The notes under the pieces are model-generated. The model was not told the DNA's origin, did not search any database, and saw nothing but the letters and a program-made list of their open reading frames with translations. The translations under genes and the position numbers were made by a program. A DNA stretch of 64,000 nucleotides from Eledone cirrhosa. Taxonomy: Eukaryota. Numbering within the stretch: position 1 is the first letter of the stretch; every line of letters begins with the position of its first letter. This document shows, one piece after another, positions 25,873 to 37,333 of the stretch. Location: assembly GCA_964016885.1 (NCBI GenBank), contig OZ024751.1, forward strand, positions 53,320,001 to 53,384,000, written 5' to 3'.

Positions 25873-26780
25873 ACTCAGTCTTTCTCACTCAACAGTGGTT
25901 AGCAAGTTAGGCTCACAATCGTAAGTACATGAGTTCGATTCCCGATGGCTCATTGTGTCCTTAAGCAAGTCACTTTAATTTACATTTATTCAGTCAACTG
26001 AGCTGGCAAAAATAAGTTGAAACTGCAACTTAAAGGGAGCAGTTTTGTTAAACCTTATATCACGCCGAATATCTCTGGAAACCTCCCTAAGGGTACACGT
26101 GACGAGGGATGCTTAGTCACTTGCACGTTAATTTGATGAGTGGGCTGTTCTGTTAAACAACCCAACGGAGTTCCTGCCACCACATCACATGTTATATTCA
26201 GGGATATGGTTGTAGTATTGATGGGAGAAGTGATGGTGTGTGGCTTAGTGGTTAGGGTGTTCGTCTCACAAACCATTCTTGGCGGGACATTGTGTACTTG
26301 AACAAGACATTTTATTTTCCTTTGCTCGAGTCCAGGCTAAGTTGGAAAATAAGTTGAACCTGTATTTCAAAAGGACAGTCTTCTCACACATTGTGTCACG
26401 CTGAATCACCCTGAGAAATACGTTAAATAATAACGTGTCAGTGGAATGCTCAGCCACTTATACAATAATGCAAGATGGACTGTTCCTGCAATTCAAAGGT
26501 CTGGCCATGTCTCTCTACCTGTCTAACTATGTCTATCGATCTATCTATCTATCTATCTATCTCTGGGATGGACACACGCGTATAACTTGCTGAGTAAGTT
26601 CTGTTTAAATTTCTATAGAAATTCTTGTCTGTTAACTTTAATTTTTGTACCATTTTGTAGAGGGACTGCCAGGTCAAACTTTGATCTGGTCAGTCTCTCA
26701 AAATATTCTACGCCTTTAGGCGAAATAGTTAAACCAAAAAAAAAAGTTTTTTCTTGTTGAAAAGTCAATATTTTTTTTAA

Positions 26781-28676
26781 ATGGCCGAAGCTTCTTCACC
26801 AAAATTCGAAGGAGGAAAGGGGAAGATAAACTTACAGCTTCCCCCTGCCACTGTCACAGTAGCAGAGGTCAAGAAGAAAGGTCAGCCAGAGGAAGAATTC
26901 TCTCCACCTGTTAACCGACAACTTGACGTTGCCATGGCAACAACCCAAAGAACCAGCGGCACCAGCAACAGCAACAACAACAACAATGCGACGGACGAAA
27001 ACAACACCAATAACAATAACAACAACAACAAGACCAATAACGGTGACAACAACAACAATGATAACAACAACACCACCAACGACAACAACAACACAAACAA
27101 ACAAAATTTCTCCTTCGCCGAGACGACAAGGAAAACCCTCGACTATCTGCCAGTAGATATAGCCAAAGCGAAGGAGCTACTGGCAGATGCGAAAAAATAT
27201 ATAGTGTACGGAGAAAATGGTTCATTCACAATCCATTCCCCCCCCCCCCCCCCGGAACTAAAAAGCCAGAGACTCCTAAACACGGTCATGTTTAGGACAA
27301 TCTCGAACAAAAGTAAAAAGGCAGCTCAACCATCACAGAGTGAGATAGAGCTGGTTTTAAAAGACGTCATGAAGGACATCACCTTCATTCAGAAGGATAT
27401 ACTCTACGGGAGTCTATCCATTCTCATGAAGGACAGGGACACAGCAGTGAAACTGTCCATCAAACCAATCACATCCACCGCATACACCTTCTACCCTACG
27501 TACATGGGTAGAAGAACACAAAAAATAAAAATCCACACCATCCTGCCGATTATGGACATATGGTGGGTTTTGACAGGTTTCCTGAACCTGGAGGATGACA
27601 TGCTGGTGTCCATGGGAAAGGCATCGGGTGACGCGTTCAGTGGAACGAGCCTCGAACTTGTAGTTCAAATGAGGCCCGAAAGGATCGCCCAGATCCCTGA
27701 ACGCGTCATACTGGATGATCTATCCTTCATCAACATTACCGTTGAGGGTAGACGGCCCTCGTGTTACCTCTGCGGAACCAGAGGTCACCTGAGGGCTGTC
27801 TGTCCCCAACTTAATAAGAAAACCCCAATCCTGCCTACACCACCAACAACTGCACAACCAACACAATCACCACAAAAACAACCACCACAGCTCAAACCAA
27901 AACAAAACAATGTCCAACCCATCCCCTCCACTCAAAAAACAAAAACAATTTCCAAAACACCCGCACCGCAAACACAACCCGAAAATATACCCCTCCCCTC
28001 CAACGCGGAAGATGACCCTAGTTCGTCGTCAGACGAGGAGGAGCACTTCCACACAATCAAAAGAAAAAAAAGAAAACACACCTCAGACACACAAATGAAA
28101 ACAACCCCTCCCCAAAACATGACACTGACACCAACACAAAAGAGCTCACAACAACAGCAAACAAAAAACACCACACAAAAACAAAAACATGCATACACAT
28201 ACATAAACACAAGAAACAAAAAACTGTTAAACATTGTGTACAACAACAATCTAATAAAAACACAAGGGCCTAACTTCACCCAGGCAGGGGATTTCCCCCA
28301 CCTCAAAATGATTAAGGCCCCACAGGACACCTATAAAACTTTAAAAAACAAGTTTAAAGAGGACGTGGGTCCCCCCTGCGTCGGGCCCATTAACCGCGTC
28401 CTCCTAAAAAACTACCCCACCCCCTCCCCAAACACCCACACAACTCCAAGCTCCCCAACCACACAACACTTCCACAAACTTCCCTACACTTCCACAAACC
28501 ACCACCCCACCCAACAACCCATCCCCCACCCTAATGGAAATTGTGTAGCCCGATACCCGGGACGCAGAGAGGTAAGTACCTTTTCTCTTCACCACCAACA
28601 TGGCTATGCTAAGAGTAGGCTGTTTAAATGCGCGTGGCCTGGGCTCAACTTGGAAGCAAGCAATGCTTCTAAATGA
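26781..28676 (+). CDS. Tx1 ORF1 (gag-like nucleic-acid-binding protein), family A; C-terminal frameshift
   Basis: Asn-rich N-terminus, CCHC knuckle CYLCGTRGHLRAVC, basic KRKKRKH. The homologous terminus (MEIV...) lies in another frame near 28533. Confidence 0.8.
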   Translation: MAEASSPKFEGGKGKINLQLPPATVTVAEVKKKGQPEEEFSPPVNRQLDVAMATTQRTSGTSNSNNNNNATDENNTNNNNNNNKTNNGDNNNNDNNNTTNDNNNTNKQNFSFAETTRKTLDYLPVDIAKAKELLADAKKYIVYGENGSFTIHSPPPPPELKSQRLLNTVMFRTISNKSKKAAQPSQSEIELVLKDVMKDITFIQKDILYGSLSILMKDRDTAVKLSIKPITSTAYTFYPTYMGRRTQKIKIHTILPIMDIWWVLTGFLNLEDDMLVSMGKASGDAFSGTSLELVVQMRPERIAQIPERVILDDLSFINITVEGRRPSCYLCGTRGHLRAVCPQLNKKTPILPTPPTTAQPTQSPQKQPPQLKPKQNNVQPIPSTQKTKTISKTPAPQTQPENIPLPSNAEDDPSSSSDEEEHFHTIKRKKRKHTSDTQMKTTPPQNMTLTPTQKSSQQQQTKNTTQKQKHAYTYINTRNKKLLNIVYNNNLIKTQGPNFTQAGDFPHLKMIKAPQDTYKTLKNKFKEDVGPPCVGPINRVLLKNYPTPSPNTHTTPSSPTTQHFHKLPYTSTNHHPTQQPIPHPNGNCVARYPGRREVSTFSLHHQHGYAKSRLFKCAWPGLNLEASNASK

Positions 28677-31128
28677 CCTCAGGTCACAACGTATAGATGT
28701 GATGGTTATTTGCGAGGCCCGGATCAGCAACGTGCGACAGCTGGCCCCCACCTTTGATGACTTTGAGATGCACGCATCTCTCTGTCAGCCCGGAGGTGGG
28801 GGTGGAGTTGTCGTTCTGCTGCAAAAACATCTGGGTCTCGCAACACAGATGGTACATTTGAACCCGGAGGGTCGACTAGTGGTTCTGGACCTTGGCAGTG
28901 GTAAAGGCGGAGCGTTTAGGTTGGTAGCCGCCTACGGCCCTTTCGGGTCAATGCGGCCGGACTTCTTCCATCGTCTGGAGACTTTTCTAGGGACGTCCCG
29001 CTCCTTGCTATTAGTGGGGGACTGGAATGGTATCCTAGATGCACGCTGGGACTACGTAGGGGCCTGCCCCGATAGAGAGGGGTGTAATAGCCTCAAAGAG
29101 TTAATCGGTCGATTTGACCTGGCCGATAGATATCGACTAGATTTTCCGACTGCGCCAACCTGGACTTGGGCAAATCGTAGCGGATCATCTAGGTCGTACC
29201 TAGATAGGTTCTTAGTTAGAATTAAGGATAAGGACTTTTTAAGTTGTCCAAAAATGCGCATGGTTGGCTATTCAGACCACAAATTAGTGACCTGCATGGT
29301 CAACCTTGACAGAACTCATAGACAGGGACCCGGTTACTGGAAGCTCAACTTGTCCTTACCGGCAAGTAAGGCTTACAGGAACCGGATTAGCACTTTAGTT
29401 AAGGAGCGGTTGACGGGCGCCATCGTCAACAGCAGGTGGTGGGGATCTCTCAAAAGAGAGATTAGAGTAGTCTCTATAGAATTTAGTAAGGAGTTAGCCT
29501 CAAATAGAAATAGGAAGGAAAGGGAGTTGGTAGATAGTGTAGAAGAGGCAATTAGAAGCGGCGACGTGGCCAGAGTGCTAGCGTCGAGAACGGCCCTGGG
29601 CCAGTTCTTCGACGCGAAACACGAAGGCTGCATCGTCCGAAGCAAAATACGTGCTCTGGGAAACGAGGGGACCAAAGCTGTTAGCTGGGCCCGCGTGACA
29701 GAAGCCAAAAGAGGGAGCAGATCCTATATCCGGTCTTTGCGAGACCAGGATGGACGGGTGATCCTTGAACCTAAGCAGATGTGCGAGGCTTTTCAAAAGC
29801 ACTTTGCCGGATTGTTCGGAAGGGGCGGGGGGCCGGTTGGGGACGTGGACTTCGGTCCATACCTCTGCAACTCGGCACGTGGAGGGGCAGATCGATGCCC
29901 TCCGATGGCGTCGTCGGGCGCTGGACGGAGGGCCCGGTGAAGTTGCTCGGGGTCTGGTTCGGACCAGACCTCCAGGTGGAGAAGAACTGGGGTGAGGTGA
30001 CGAACGGGGTGTTTGCACTGACCCAGAAGTGGGCCGAGTGCAAACTGTCCCTGAAAGGACGGGCGGAGGTGGCGAACACTTATATAGCGTCCGTCATCTA
30101 CTACCGCCTGACCGTTGTGCCTTGCCCAAGGGAAACGCTCGCCAAAATGGAGCGCGCACTCTTCCAATTCCTTTGGAAGAAGCGGGCTCCTATGGTGAGG
30201 AGATCCATCTGCTGTCAACACCCTTCGAAAGGAGGGCTGGGGATGCCGTGGCTAATGATACGTAAACACGCATTAAGGCTACGGCACCTTCAGGTATTCC
30301 TCTCCGGCCAACCGGTGTGGGCCCCGTTTGTGAGGCGAGCCTTTCCCAGACTCGTCTCACTCACCGAGCTGCAATCCTGGGTCAAGCAAAAACCGAGAAA
30401 ACTGGGCGCCTGGCACACCGAGTGTGCCCAGGCACTCACGGCTCTCTGGCAGGCGGACCCGGCTGTCAGTGGAGAATCCACCTCGTCATTCTATAGAGGG
30501 CTGGTGGTTAGCAGGTGCGACGACGCCCTCGGAGAAGCCCTAGGCATGGAGGAAGACGAACTGGCCAACCTGTTCGGTAGGACATTCAGCCCGGGACCCA
30601 TGGATAACTTCCAGAGGTCCCTGGCCTGGCAATGCTACAGAAGGGCTCTGCCCGTTCGAGAAAGGCTCTACAGACACGGGCGCCCGGGTAGGGACCCATC
30701 GAAAAAGATCTGTCCCAGATGTGTGTGCGACGAGGAAACCGTTGCACACGCATTGGTACACTGCTCGGGCATTGCCGATCTGTGGGGTTATGTCGAACAA
30801 CTGCTGTCAAAGGTGGGACCAATCCGGTTGACCACCGAGTCTATTGTAACGATCAAGCCGCCTCCCCTCTTCAAAAACGAAGGAGAGGCGGTGTTTCTGT
30901 GCGTAATAGCCATGGCGAAAGAGGTTGTATGGTGGACGCGTCTGAAAGGACTGAGGTCAGACACCTTTCTCTCTGGCCAACAACTGGTCCGTTTCTTCCG
31001 ATATCATTTCGGAAGAAGGATCAGGATGGAGAGAGAGAGGTGCTGCACCCCAGCCGTTTCTATGAAAGATGGGTGAAAGTGGCGAGAATGGCCCGTGTGA
31101 ATGGGCCTTCACTCTACATCAGACTATA
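28600..31128 (+). pseudogene. Tx1 ORF2, family A: APE endonuclease plus C-terminal domain, RT core deleted at 29865/29866
   Basis: APE motifs NARGL, ICE, GDWN, YLDR and SDH. The junction CCATACCTC|TGCAACTCGG joins sequences ~910 bp apart in family B. C-terminal CPRC..ETVAH..C is present. Confidence 0.9.
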
Positions 31129-31393
31129 GGTGAGGAAGATGAAAGACCAAGGGAGCACCCCTTCTCTGTGCTCCTGAGGAGAAGGGTTGCACACTTTTTT
31201 CGGGGGTGTGTGCGACCCCCCAAGGCGCCTCCTCTCTATTGAGGACTTTGTTATAAATTTTATTTTTTGTTACATTTTATTTTATTTTTATATATTGTTA
31301 TTGCCTCCTCCTTATTGAGGACGCCTTGTTTTGTAAACTCCCCCCATTGTACTTGTCCCACTTTTGATGCCCTAGTGGCAAATAAAAGAAACA

Positions 31394-31428
<35 letters not shown>

Positions 31429-31430
31429 AT

Positions 31431-31690
31431 CTTCTCTCTATATCAGCCTGTAGGTTGAGGAAAAGGAGGAGGAGAGGAAAGGAGTACAAGCTCTTCGTAC
31501 TCCTGGAGATGAGGGTTGCACATTTTTTTCGGGGGTCTGTGTTACCCATATAAACTGTCTCCCTCTATTGGGGAAAATCGACTAACTTTTAAATTCCATC
31601 TGTGATAACATTTTACACGTTTTTATTGTATGTAAACTTCCCCCTTTGTATTTGTCCCCTTCTTTTGTGCCCCTGTGGCTAATAAAGAAA
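31431..31690 (+). mobile_element. Tx1 family B 3'-UTR fragment (5'-truncated) between TATC tracts
   Basis: Matches 37311-37570 essentially exactly. Confidence 0.9.
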
Positions 31691-31945
31691 TATATCTATC
31701 TATCTATCTATCTATCTATCTCTCTATCAGACGTGTGTCACTTCGCGGAGAAGTTTCCGTTAATTTATGTAAGGAAAAAACGTGAGTTTTAGTTCAATTT
31801 TATATCATTGTGTAACTTGACCACCCGTCTGGACCTTCAGGTGGTGGGTCAACTCATTTTCGCCCCTACAGGGGCGGAATATCCATTTAAAAAATTTTTC
31901 TCCATCGAATCTTGGAAAAAAATATTGTAAAATTTTGATTACGTT

Positions 31946-33862
31946 ATGAACGCTGCGTCCAACGATAATGGTGGTGGAGAGGCGGTAAGACTACAAAGCT
32001 CGCAGTCAACAACGTCTTCTTCACTAGATACTATAGAGATGGAAAGACAAAATGAAAATAAAAAAACGAATACACATCCAAACAACACAAATGACACCAA
32101 ACAGCTCAATGACAACAAAAATAACAGCAAAACCAATAATGATGATAAAAGCAACAATGATAACAACAACAAAGAAAAAAATAAAGACAACGCCAATAAC
32201 ACCAGCATCAAAGACAACAACAACACCAAGGAAAATACGGATGATACCAACATCGGTGACAACAAGAATAAAAACAAGAATAACAACAATAATGACAACA
32301 CCACCAATACGGATTCCACAAAGAAACCAAAAATCTCCTTTGCGGAGAAAGTTCAAAAGAAAGAACAATTGATATATCTCGACATAACAAATGCTGAACA
32401 CCTTTTAAAGGACGCTAAGAGATATGTCACCTTCGAAAAAAATGGTGCTTTCAGCATCAATTCTCCGGTAGAAATTCGCAAGGAAACTGCTCTCAAAACG
32501 ATAGTTTTTAGGACAGTATCCAATTCTACCCGAAAACCAGTCCAATTGTCACAGAAAGATATTGAACTGGTTTTCAAAGATTCAATGAATGATATTGCAT
32601 TCATTCAAAGAAGCAAACTTTTTGGGAGTATTTCGGTACTGATGAAGGATCAATTGACGGCCCAAAATTACTCTGTGTCGCCAATTGTATCCAACCTGTA
32701 CACCTTTTTCCCTACATACATGGGAAAAAGGACACAAAAGATCAGAATCACAAGTGTCACACCAAAGGTGAACATATGGTGGATACTGTGCGGCTTCATC
32801 AATTTTGATGAAGACAGAATACTGTCAGTAGGCAAGTCCCCCAGAGATGTATTCAATGGGACTAGCATTGAAGTTCTGGTGCAAATGAGCCCAGAGCGAA
32901 TAGCTATGATCCCACAGCGTGTACTCCTGGACGGACTTACCTACATAAACCTTTCAGTTGAGGGTAGGCGGCCTTCATGTTACCATTGCTTTAGCAGGGG
33001 TCACCTGAGGGCTTCCTGTCCTAAACTAATGAACCAAAAAAAGGCTCTTCTGCCAACACCCATCAAAACAACACAACCACCAACACCACCACTACAACAA
33101 CAACACCAACACACAAAAATAACCACAACAAACACAGTCCCACCCAACCTCACTCCACCTAAAACCACTGCAAAATCACATACAGACACAACAGCTCCCC
33201 AAGACATACCCCTCCCCAATCACACAGACGATACAACAGATGAGGCTATCTCGCCATCACCCAGTGAAGACGAGGGAGAACCCCATCGCTCGAAAAGAAA
33301 GAAAAGACATCACAAAAGCAAAAAACCAGCAAACACTACCACAAACATACAACCACCAACACAAACAACAAAAATATCACAAACAAAACCCCCACCTCCT
33401 GAAAACAAAATACCTACAACAAAACGAAAGCACACACAAGAACTACAGACAAAAACAAACACAACACAAGAAAATTACACTTACACTTACATAAACACTG
33501 AAAACAAAACACTAATGGAGACCATTACGAACGACCCTTCGGCTTTCACCGAAGGGAAAACTTTCGCCCACTCTATAAAAAATAGCAAAAAAATGAACCT
33601 AAAACTGATTAGGGTCCCTATACAAACTTATAGGTCCCTAAAAGAAACATTTGAGAAGGATGTGGGGAATTCCTGCGTGAAACCACTCAACCGCGTCCTT
33701 CTCAAATGCCTCCCCACCCCAGACACCCCCATCCCACCAGACCCCACCCCACCAAACATCTGCGTCCCCACCCCACCGGAAACCACCACCCATCCAGACA
33801 ACCCCTCCAACACCCCCATGGAAATCGTGCGGCCTGGTCCCCAGGAGGCGAAGGGTGAGTGA
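31946..33862 (+). CDS. Tx1 ORF1 (638 aa)
   Basis: Asn/Asp/Lys-rich N-terminus, CCHC knuckle CYHCFSRGHLRASC, Pro/Thr-rich linker, basic RSKRKKRHHK. Confidence 0.9.
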   Translation: MNAASNDNGGGEAVRLQSSQSTTSSSLDTIEMERQNENKKTNTHPNNTNDTKQLNDNKNNSKTNNDDKSNNDNNNKEKNKDNANNTSIKDNNNTKENTDDTNIGDNKNKNKNNNNNDNTTNTDSTKKPKISFAEKVQKKEQLIYLDITNAEHLLKDAKRYVTFEKNGAFSINSPVEIRKETALKTIVFRTVSNSTRKPVQLSQKDIELVFKDSMNDIAFIQRSKLFGSISVLMKDQLTAQNYSVSPIVSNLYTFFPTYMGKRTQKIRITSVTPKVNIWWILCGFINFDEDRILSVGKSPRDVFNGTSIEVLVQMSPERIAMIPQRVLLDGLTYINLSVEGRRPSCYHCFSRGHLRASCPKLMNQKKALLPTPIKTTQPPTPPLQQQHQHTKITTTNTVPPNLTPPKTTAKSHTDTTAPQDIPLPNHTDDTTDEAISPSPSEDEGEPHRSKRKKRHHKSKKPANTTTNIQPPTQTTKISQTKPPPPENKIPTTKRKHTQELQTKTNTTQENYTYTYINTENKTLMETITNDPSAFTEGKTFAHSIKNSKKMNLKLIRVPIQTYRSLKETFEKDVGNSCVKPLNRVLLKCLPTPDTPIPPDPTPPNICVPTPPETTTHPDNPSNTPMEIVRPGPQEAKGE

Positions 33863-33895
33863 TCTCTTTTCCTCTTTTAACTTTTCAGCACCAAC

Positions 33896-36800
33896 ATGGC
33901 CAATATAAGAGTTGGATGTGTGAATGTACGCGGCCTGGGGATGCCCTGGAAACAGGGCAAACTCTTAAACGACCTCAGGTCGCACAGTTTGGATGTGGTA
34001 GCCATTTGCGAGTCCAGGATCCACGGCGAGCGACAGCTGGCCCCCATCTTCGATGACTTTGAGATCTACGCATCTCTCTGTCAACCGGGGGGTGGGGGCG
34101 GAGTTGCCGTTTTGCTGCGGAAACACCTGGGCCTCGTAACACAGACGGTACATCTGGACCCGGAGGGTCGACTGGTGGTCCTAGACGTTGACGGTAGTGA
34201 AGGTGGAGCGTTCAGGCTGGTGGCCGCATATGCCCCATCCGGGACACCGCGGCCAGACTTCTTCAAACGTCTAGAGACTTTTCTGGGAACGTCCCGCTCC
34301 TTGCTTTTAGTGGGGGACTGGAATGGAATCCTAGATGCACGTTGGGACTATGTGGGAGCATGTCCCGATAAAGGGGGGTGTAACAGCCTCAAACAGTTAA
34401 TCGACCGATTTGACCTGGCCGATAGATATCGACTAGATTTTCCGACTGCGCCACTGTGGACGTGGAGTAATCGTAGCGGAACATCTAGATCGTACCTAGA
34501 TAGGGTTCTAGTTAGAAATAAGGATAGGGACATGTTAAGCTGTCCACAAATGTTCATGGTTGCCTATTCAGATCACAAACTAGTGACCTGCATGGCCAAC
34601 CTTGATAGAACCCATAGACAAGGACCCGGCTACTGGAAGCTGAACTTGTCGTTACCGACAAGCAAAGCCTACAGTAGACGGATTAGCACTTTAGTTAAAC
34701 AGCACTTGACAGGGGCCATTGTCAACAACAGATGGTGGTACTCTCTCAAGAGGGCAGTTAGATTAGACTCGATAGTTTTTAGTAAAGAATTAGCGTTAGA
34801 TAGAAATAGAACCGAGAAGGAACTGGTAGATAAAGTAGAAGAGGCAATTAGAAGTGGCAACGTAGCCAGCGTGCTAGCAACGAGAACGGCCTTGGACCAG
34901 TTCTTCGACGCAAAGCACGAGGGCTGCGTTGTCAGAAGCAAAATACGTGCTCTGGGAAACGAGGGAGCCAAAGCTGTTAGCTGGGCCCGAGTGACGGAGG
35001 CAAAAAGTGGCAACAAGTCCACGATTCGGTCTTTGAAGGACCAAAACGGACGCGTGATACGTGAGCCGAAGCAGATGTGTGCGGCTTTTCAGCGGCACTT
35101 TGCTCGGCTGTTCGGGGGGAGCGGCGCGCCGGGAGAGGCTATGGATTTCGGTCCATACCTCGACGGCCTACCGCGACTCTCGGACAGCGAGGCGAAGTTC
35201 TGCGAAAAGCCGATTTCAGCCACTGAGATAGGGGACGCGCTGAGCCAATGCGGCAAACGCAAATCTCCAGGTCTCGACGGTCTACCCTACGAATTTTACG
35301 TAGCAATGCCGGACTTATTCTCCGGTCTCCTGGAAGCGGTCTACTGCAACTGGCAACAGAACGGGAGAATTCCCAGTTCTGTAACCGGGGGCGTGGTCAC
35401 ACTAATCAGGAAGGACGAGAATAAGGGGGATGACATAGGCAACTTCCGGCCCATAACTCTGCTAAACACAGAGTTACAGATTTTGGCCAAGGTGTTGGCA
35501 AAGAGGCTGGCGCTTGTCGTCGAGAACCTGGTGGGAGAAGCGCAGACATGCGCGATCCCGACCAGGTCCATACACGACAACCTCCACCTCATGCGATACA
35601 TCATAGAGAGGGTAGGGTGTAAACCCGGCTTCGGTGGGGCTCTGATCAACTTGGATCAGTCTAAGGCTTTCGATAGGGTTGACCATCGTTACCTGGATGC
35701 GGTGCTCGAGGCGGCAGGCTTCGGACCCGTGTTCAGGGGCTGGATTGCTGCAATGCACAACAGCAACATCTGCTCAAGGGTCAAGGTGAACGGTTACCTC
35801 TCGGAGCCGTTCCATATTACGCGATCCATTCGACAGGGATGCCCTCTCTCCTCCCTTCTGTACGTACTGACTCTCGAGCCACTACTGCGGAAGCTGGAGC
35901 TATTGCAGGGCATCCCTCTGGAACCGGGACTGCGGAAAGCGGCGTCGGCCTACGCCGACGACGTGACAGTAATGGTGTCGAGCGCCTCGCAAATCGAGGA
36001 AGTCGGCACCTTACTAAAGGAATACGAAAGTCTCACAGGAGCGAAGCTGAACCGGGACAAGTCCATCGGTTTGCAACTCGGATCGTGGAGAGGCAGACCG
36101 ATGCCTTCCGATGGCGTCGTCGGACGCTGGACGGAAGGACCGGTAAAGCTGCTCGGGGTCTGGTTTGGTCCGGACCTCCAGGTGGAGAAGAACTGGAACG
36201 AAGTGACGGCCAAGGTGTTTGCACTCACCCAGAAGTGGGCCGAGTGCAAACTATCCTTGAAAGGTCGAGCGGAGGTGGCGAACACTTTTATAGCGTCCGC
36301 CATCTACTACCGCTTGACCGTCGTGCCTTGTCCAGCCAAAACGCTCGCCAAAATGGAGCGCGCCCTCTTCCGATTCCTTTGGAAGAGGCGGGCTCCTTTG
36401 GTAAGAAGATCCATCTGCTGCCAACACCCTTCTAACGGAGGGCTGGGGATGCCGTGGTTGACGATGCGCAAACACGCGCTCAGGCTGCGGCATCTCTACG
36501 TATTCCTCACCGGACAACCGGTGTGGGCCCCGTTCGTGAGGCGAGCCTTCCCACGACTCGTCTCGCTGACCGAGCTGCAGTCCTGGGTCAAGCAGAGACC
36601 GAGGAAAATGGGCGACTGGCACATCGAATGTGCTCAGGCGCTCACAGCCCTCTGGCAGGCGGACCCGGCGATCAGTGGAGACTCCACTTCGTCATTCTAT
36701 AGAGGGTTGGTCCGCAGCAAGTGCGACGACGCGCTCGGTGAAACTCTAGGCGTGGAGGAAGATGAACTGGCCAGTCTGTTCGGTAGGACCTTCCGCCCGG

Positions 36801-37333
36801 GACCGATGGACAACTTCCAAAAGTCCCTGGCCTGGCAGTGCTACCGAGGAGCTCTACCAGTTCGAGACAAGCTCTACAGACATGGGCGCCCGGGAAGGGA
36901 CCCTGCAAAAAAGATCTGTCCGAGGTGCGTGCGAGACGAAGAAACCGTCGCGCACGCATTCATACACTGCCCGGGCGTCACTGACCTGTGGGGCTATGTA
37001 GAACGACTATTGTCGCGGGTGGGACCAATCCAGTTGACCACCGAGTCCATTGTCATGATCAAACCGCCACCCTCCTTCAAAAACGAAGGAGAGGCGGTTT
37101 TCCTTTGTGTGATAGCTATGGCGAAAGAGGTTGTATGGTGGACAAGGTTGAAAGGGCTGAGGTCAGACACCTTTCTCTCCGGCCAACAACTGATTCTTTT
37201 TTTCAAATACCACTTTGGAAGAAGAATCAGGATGGAGAGAGAGGTGCTGTACCCCAGCAAGTTTTATGAAAGGTGGGTGAAAGTGGCGAGAATGGCCCGA
37301 GTGAATGGGCCTTCTCTCTATATCAGCCTGTAG
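33896..37333 (+). CDS. Tx1 ORF2 (1145 aa): APE endonuclease, reverse transcriptase and C-terminal Zn motif
   Basis: NVRGL/ICES/GDWN/YLDR/SDH; KSPGLDGLPYEFY, NFRPITLLN, LDQSKAFDRV, RQGCPLS, YADD; CPRC..ETVAHAFIHC. Confidence 0.95.
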   Translation: MANIRVGCVNVRGLGMPWKQGKLLNDLRSHSLDVVAICESRIHGERQLAPIFDDFEIYASLCQPGGGGGVAVLLRKHLGLVTQTVHLDPEGRLVVLDVDGSEGGAFRLVAAYAPSGTPRPDFFKRLETFLGTSRSLLLVGDWNGILDARWDYVGACPDKGGCNSLKQLIDRFDLADRYRLDFPTAPLWTWSNRSGTSRSYLDRVLVRNKDRDMLSCPQMFMVAYSDHKLVTCMANLDRTHRQGPGYWKLNLSLPTSKAYSRRISTLVKQHLTGAIVNNRWWYSLKRAVRLDSIVFSKELALDRNRTEKELVDKVEEAIRSGNVASVLATRTALDQFFDAKHEGCVVRSKIRALGNEGAKAVSWARVTEAKSGNKSTIRSLKDQNGRVIREPKQMCAAFQRHFARLFGGSGAPGEAMDFGPYLDGLPRLSDSEAKFCEKPISATEIGDALSQCGKRKSPGLDGLPYEFYVAMPDLFSGLLEAVYCNWQQNGRIPSSVTGGVVTLIRKDENKGDDIGNFRPITLLNTELQILAKVLAKRLALVVENLVGEAQTCAIPTRSIHDNLHLMRYIIERVGCKPGFGGALINLDQSKAFDRVDHRYLDAVLEAAGFGPVFRGWIAAMHNSNICSRVKVNGYLSEPFHITRSIRQGCPLSSLLYVLTLEPLLRKLELLQGIPLEPGLRKAASAYADDVTVMVSSASQIEEVGTLLKEYESLTGAKLNRDKSIGLQLGSWRGRPMPSDGVVGRWTEGPVKLLGVWFGPDLQVEKNWNEVTAKVFALTQKWAECKLSLKGRAEVANTFIASAIYYRLTVVPCPAKTLAKMERALFRFLWKRRAPLVRRSICCQHPSNGGLGMPWLTMRKHALRLRHLYVFLTGQPVWAPFVRRAFPRLVSLTELQSWVKQRPRKMGDWHIECAQALTALWQADPAISGDSTSSFYRGLVRSKCDDALGETLGVEEDELASLFGRTFRPGPMDNFQKSLAWQCYRGALPVRDKLYRHGRPGRDPAKKICPRCVRDEETVAHAFIHCPGVTDLWGYVERLLSRVGPIQLTTESIVMIKPPPSFKNEGEAVFLCVIAMAKEVVWWTRLKGLRSDTFLSGQQLILFFKYHFGRRIRMEREVLYPSKFYERWVKVARMARVNGPSLYISL

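Larger units (their letters stand above)
26563..31392 (+). mobile_element. Tx1-clade LINE, family A; full-length ends but RT domain deleted; flanked by (TATC)n
   Basis: 5' UTR follows TATC repeats; ORF1 and ORF2 are homologous to family B; 3' end AATAAAAGAAAC followed by TATC repeats. Confidence 0.9.
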
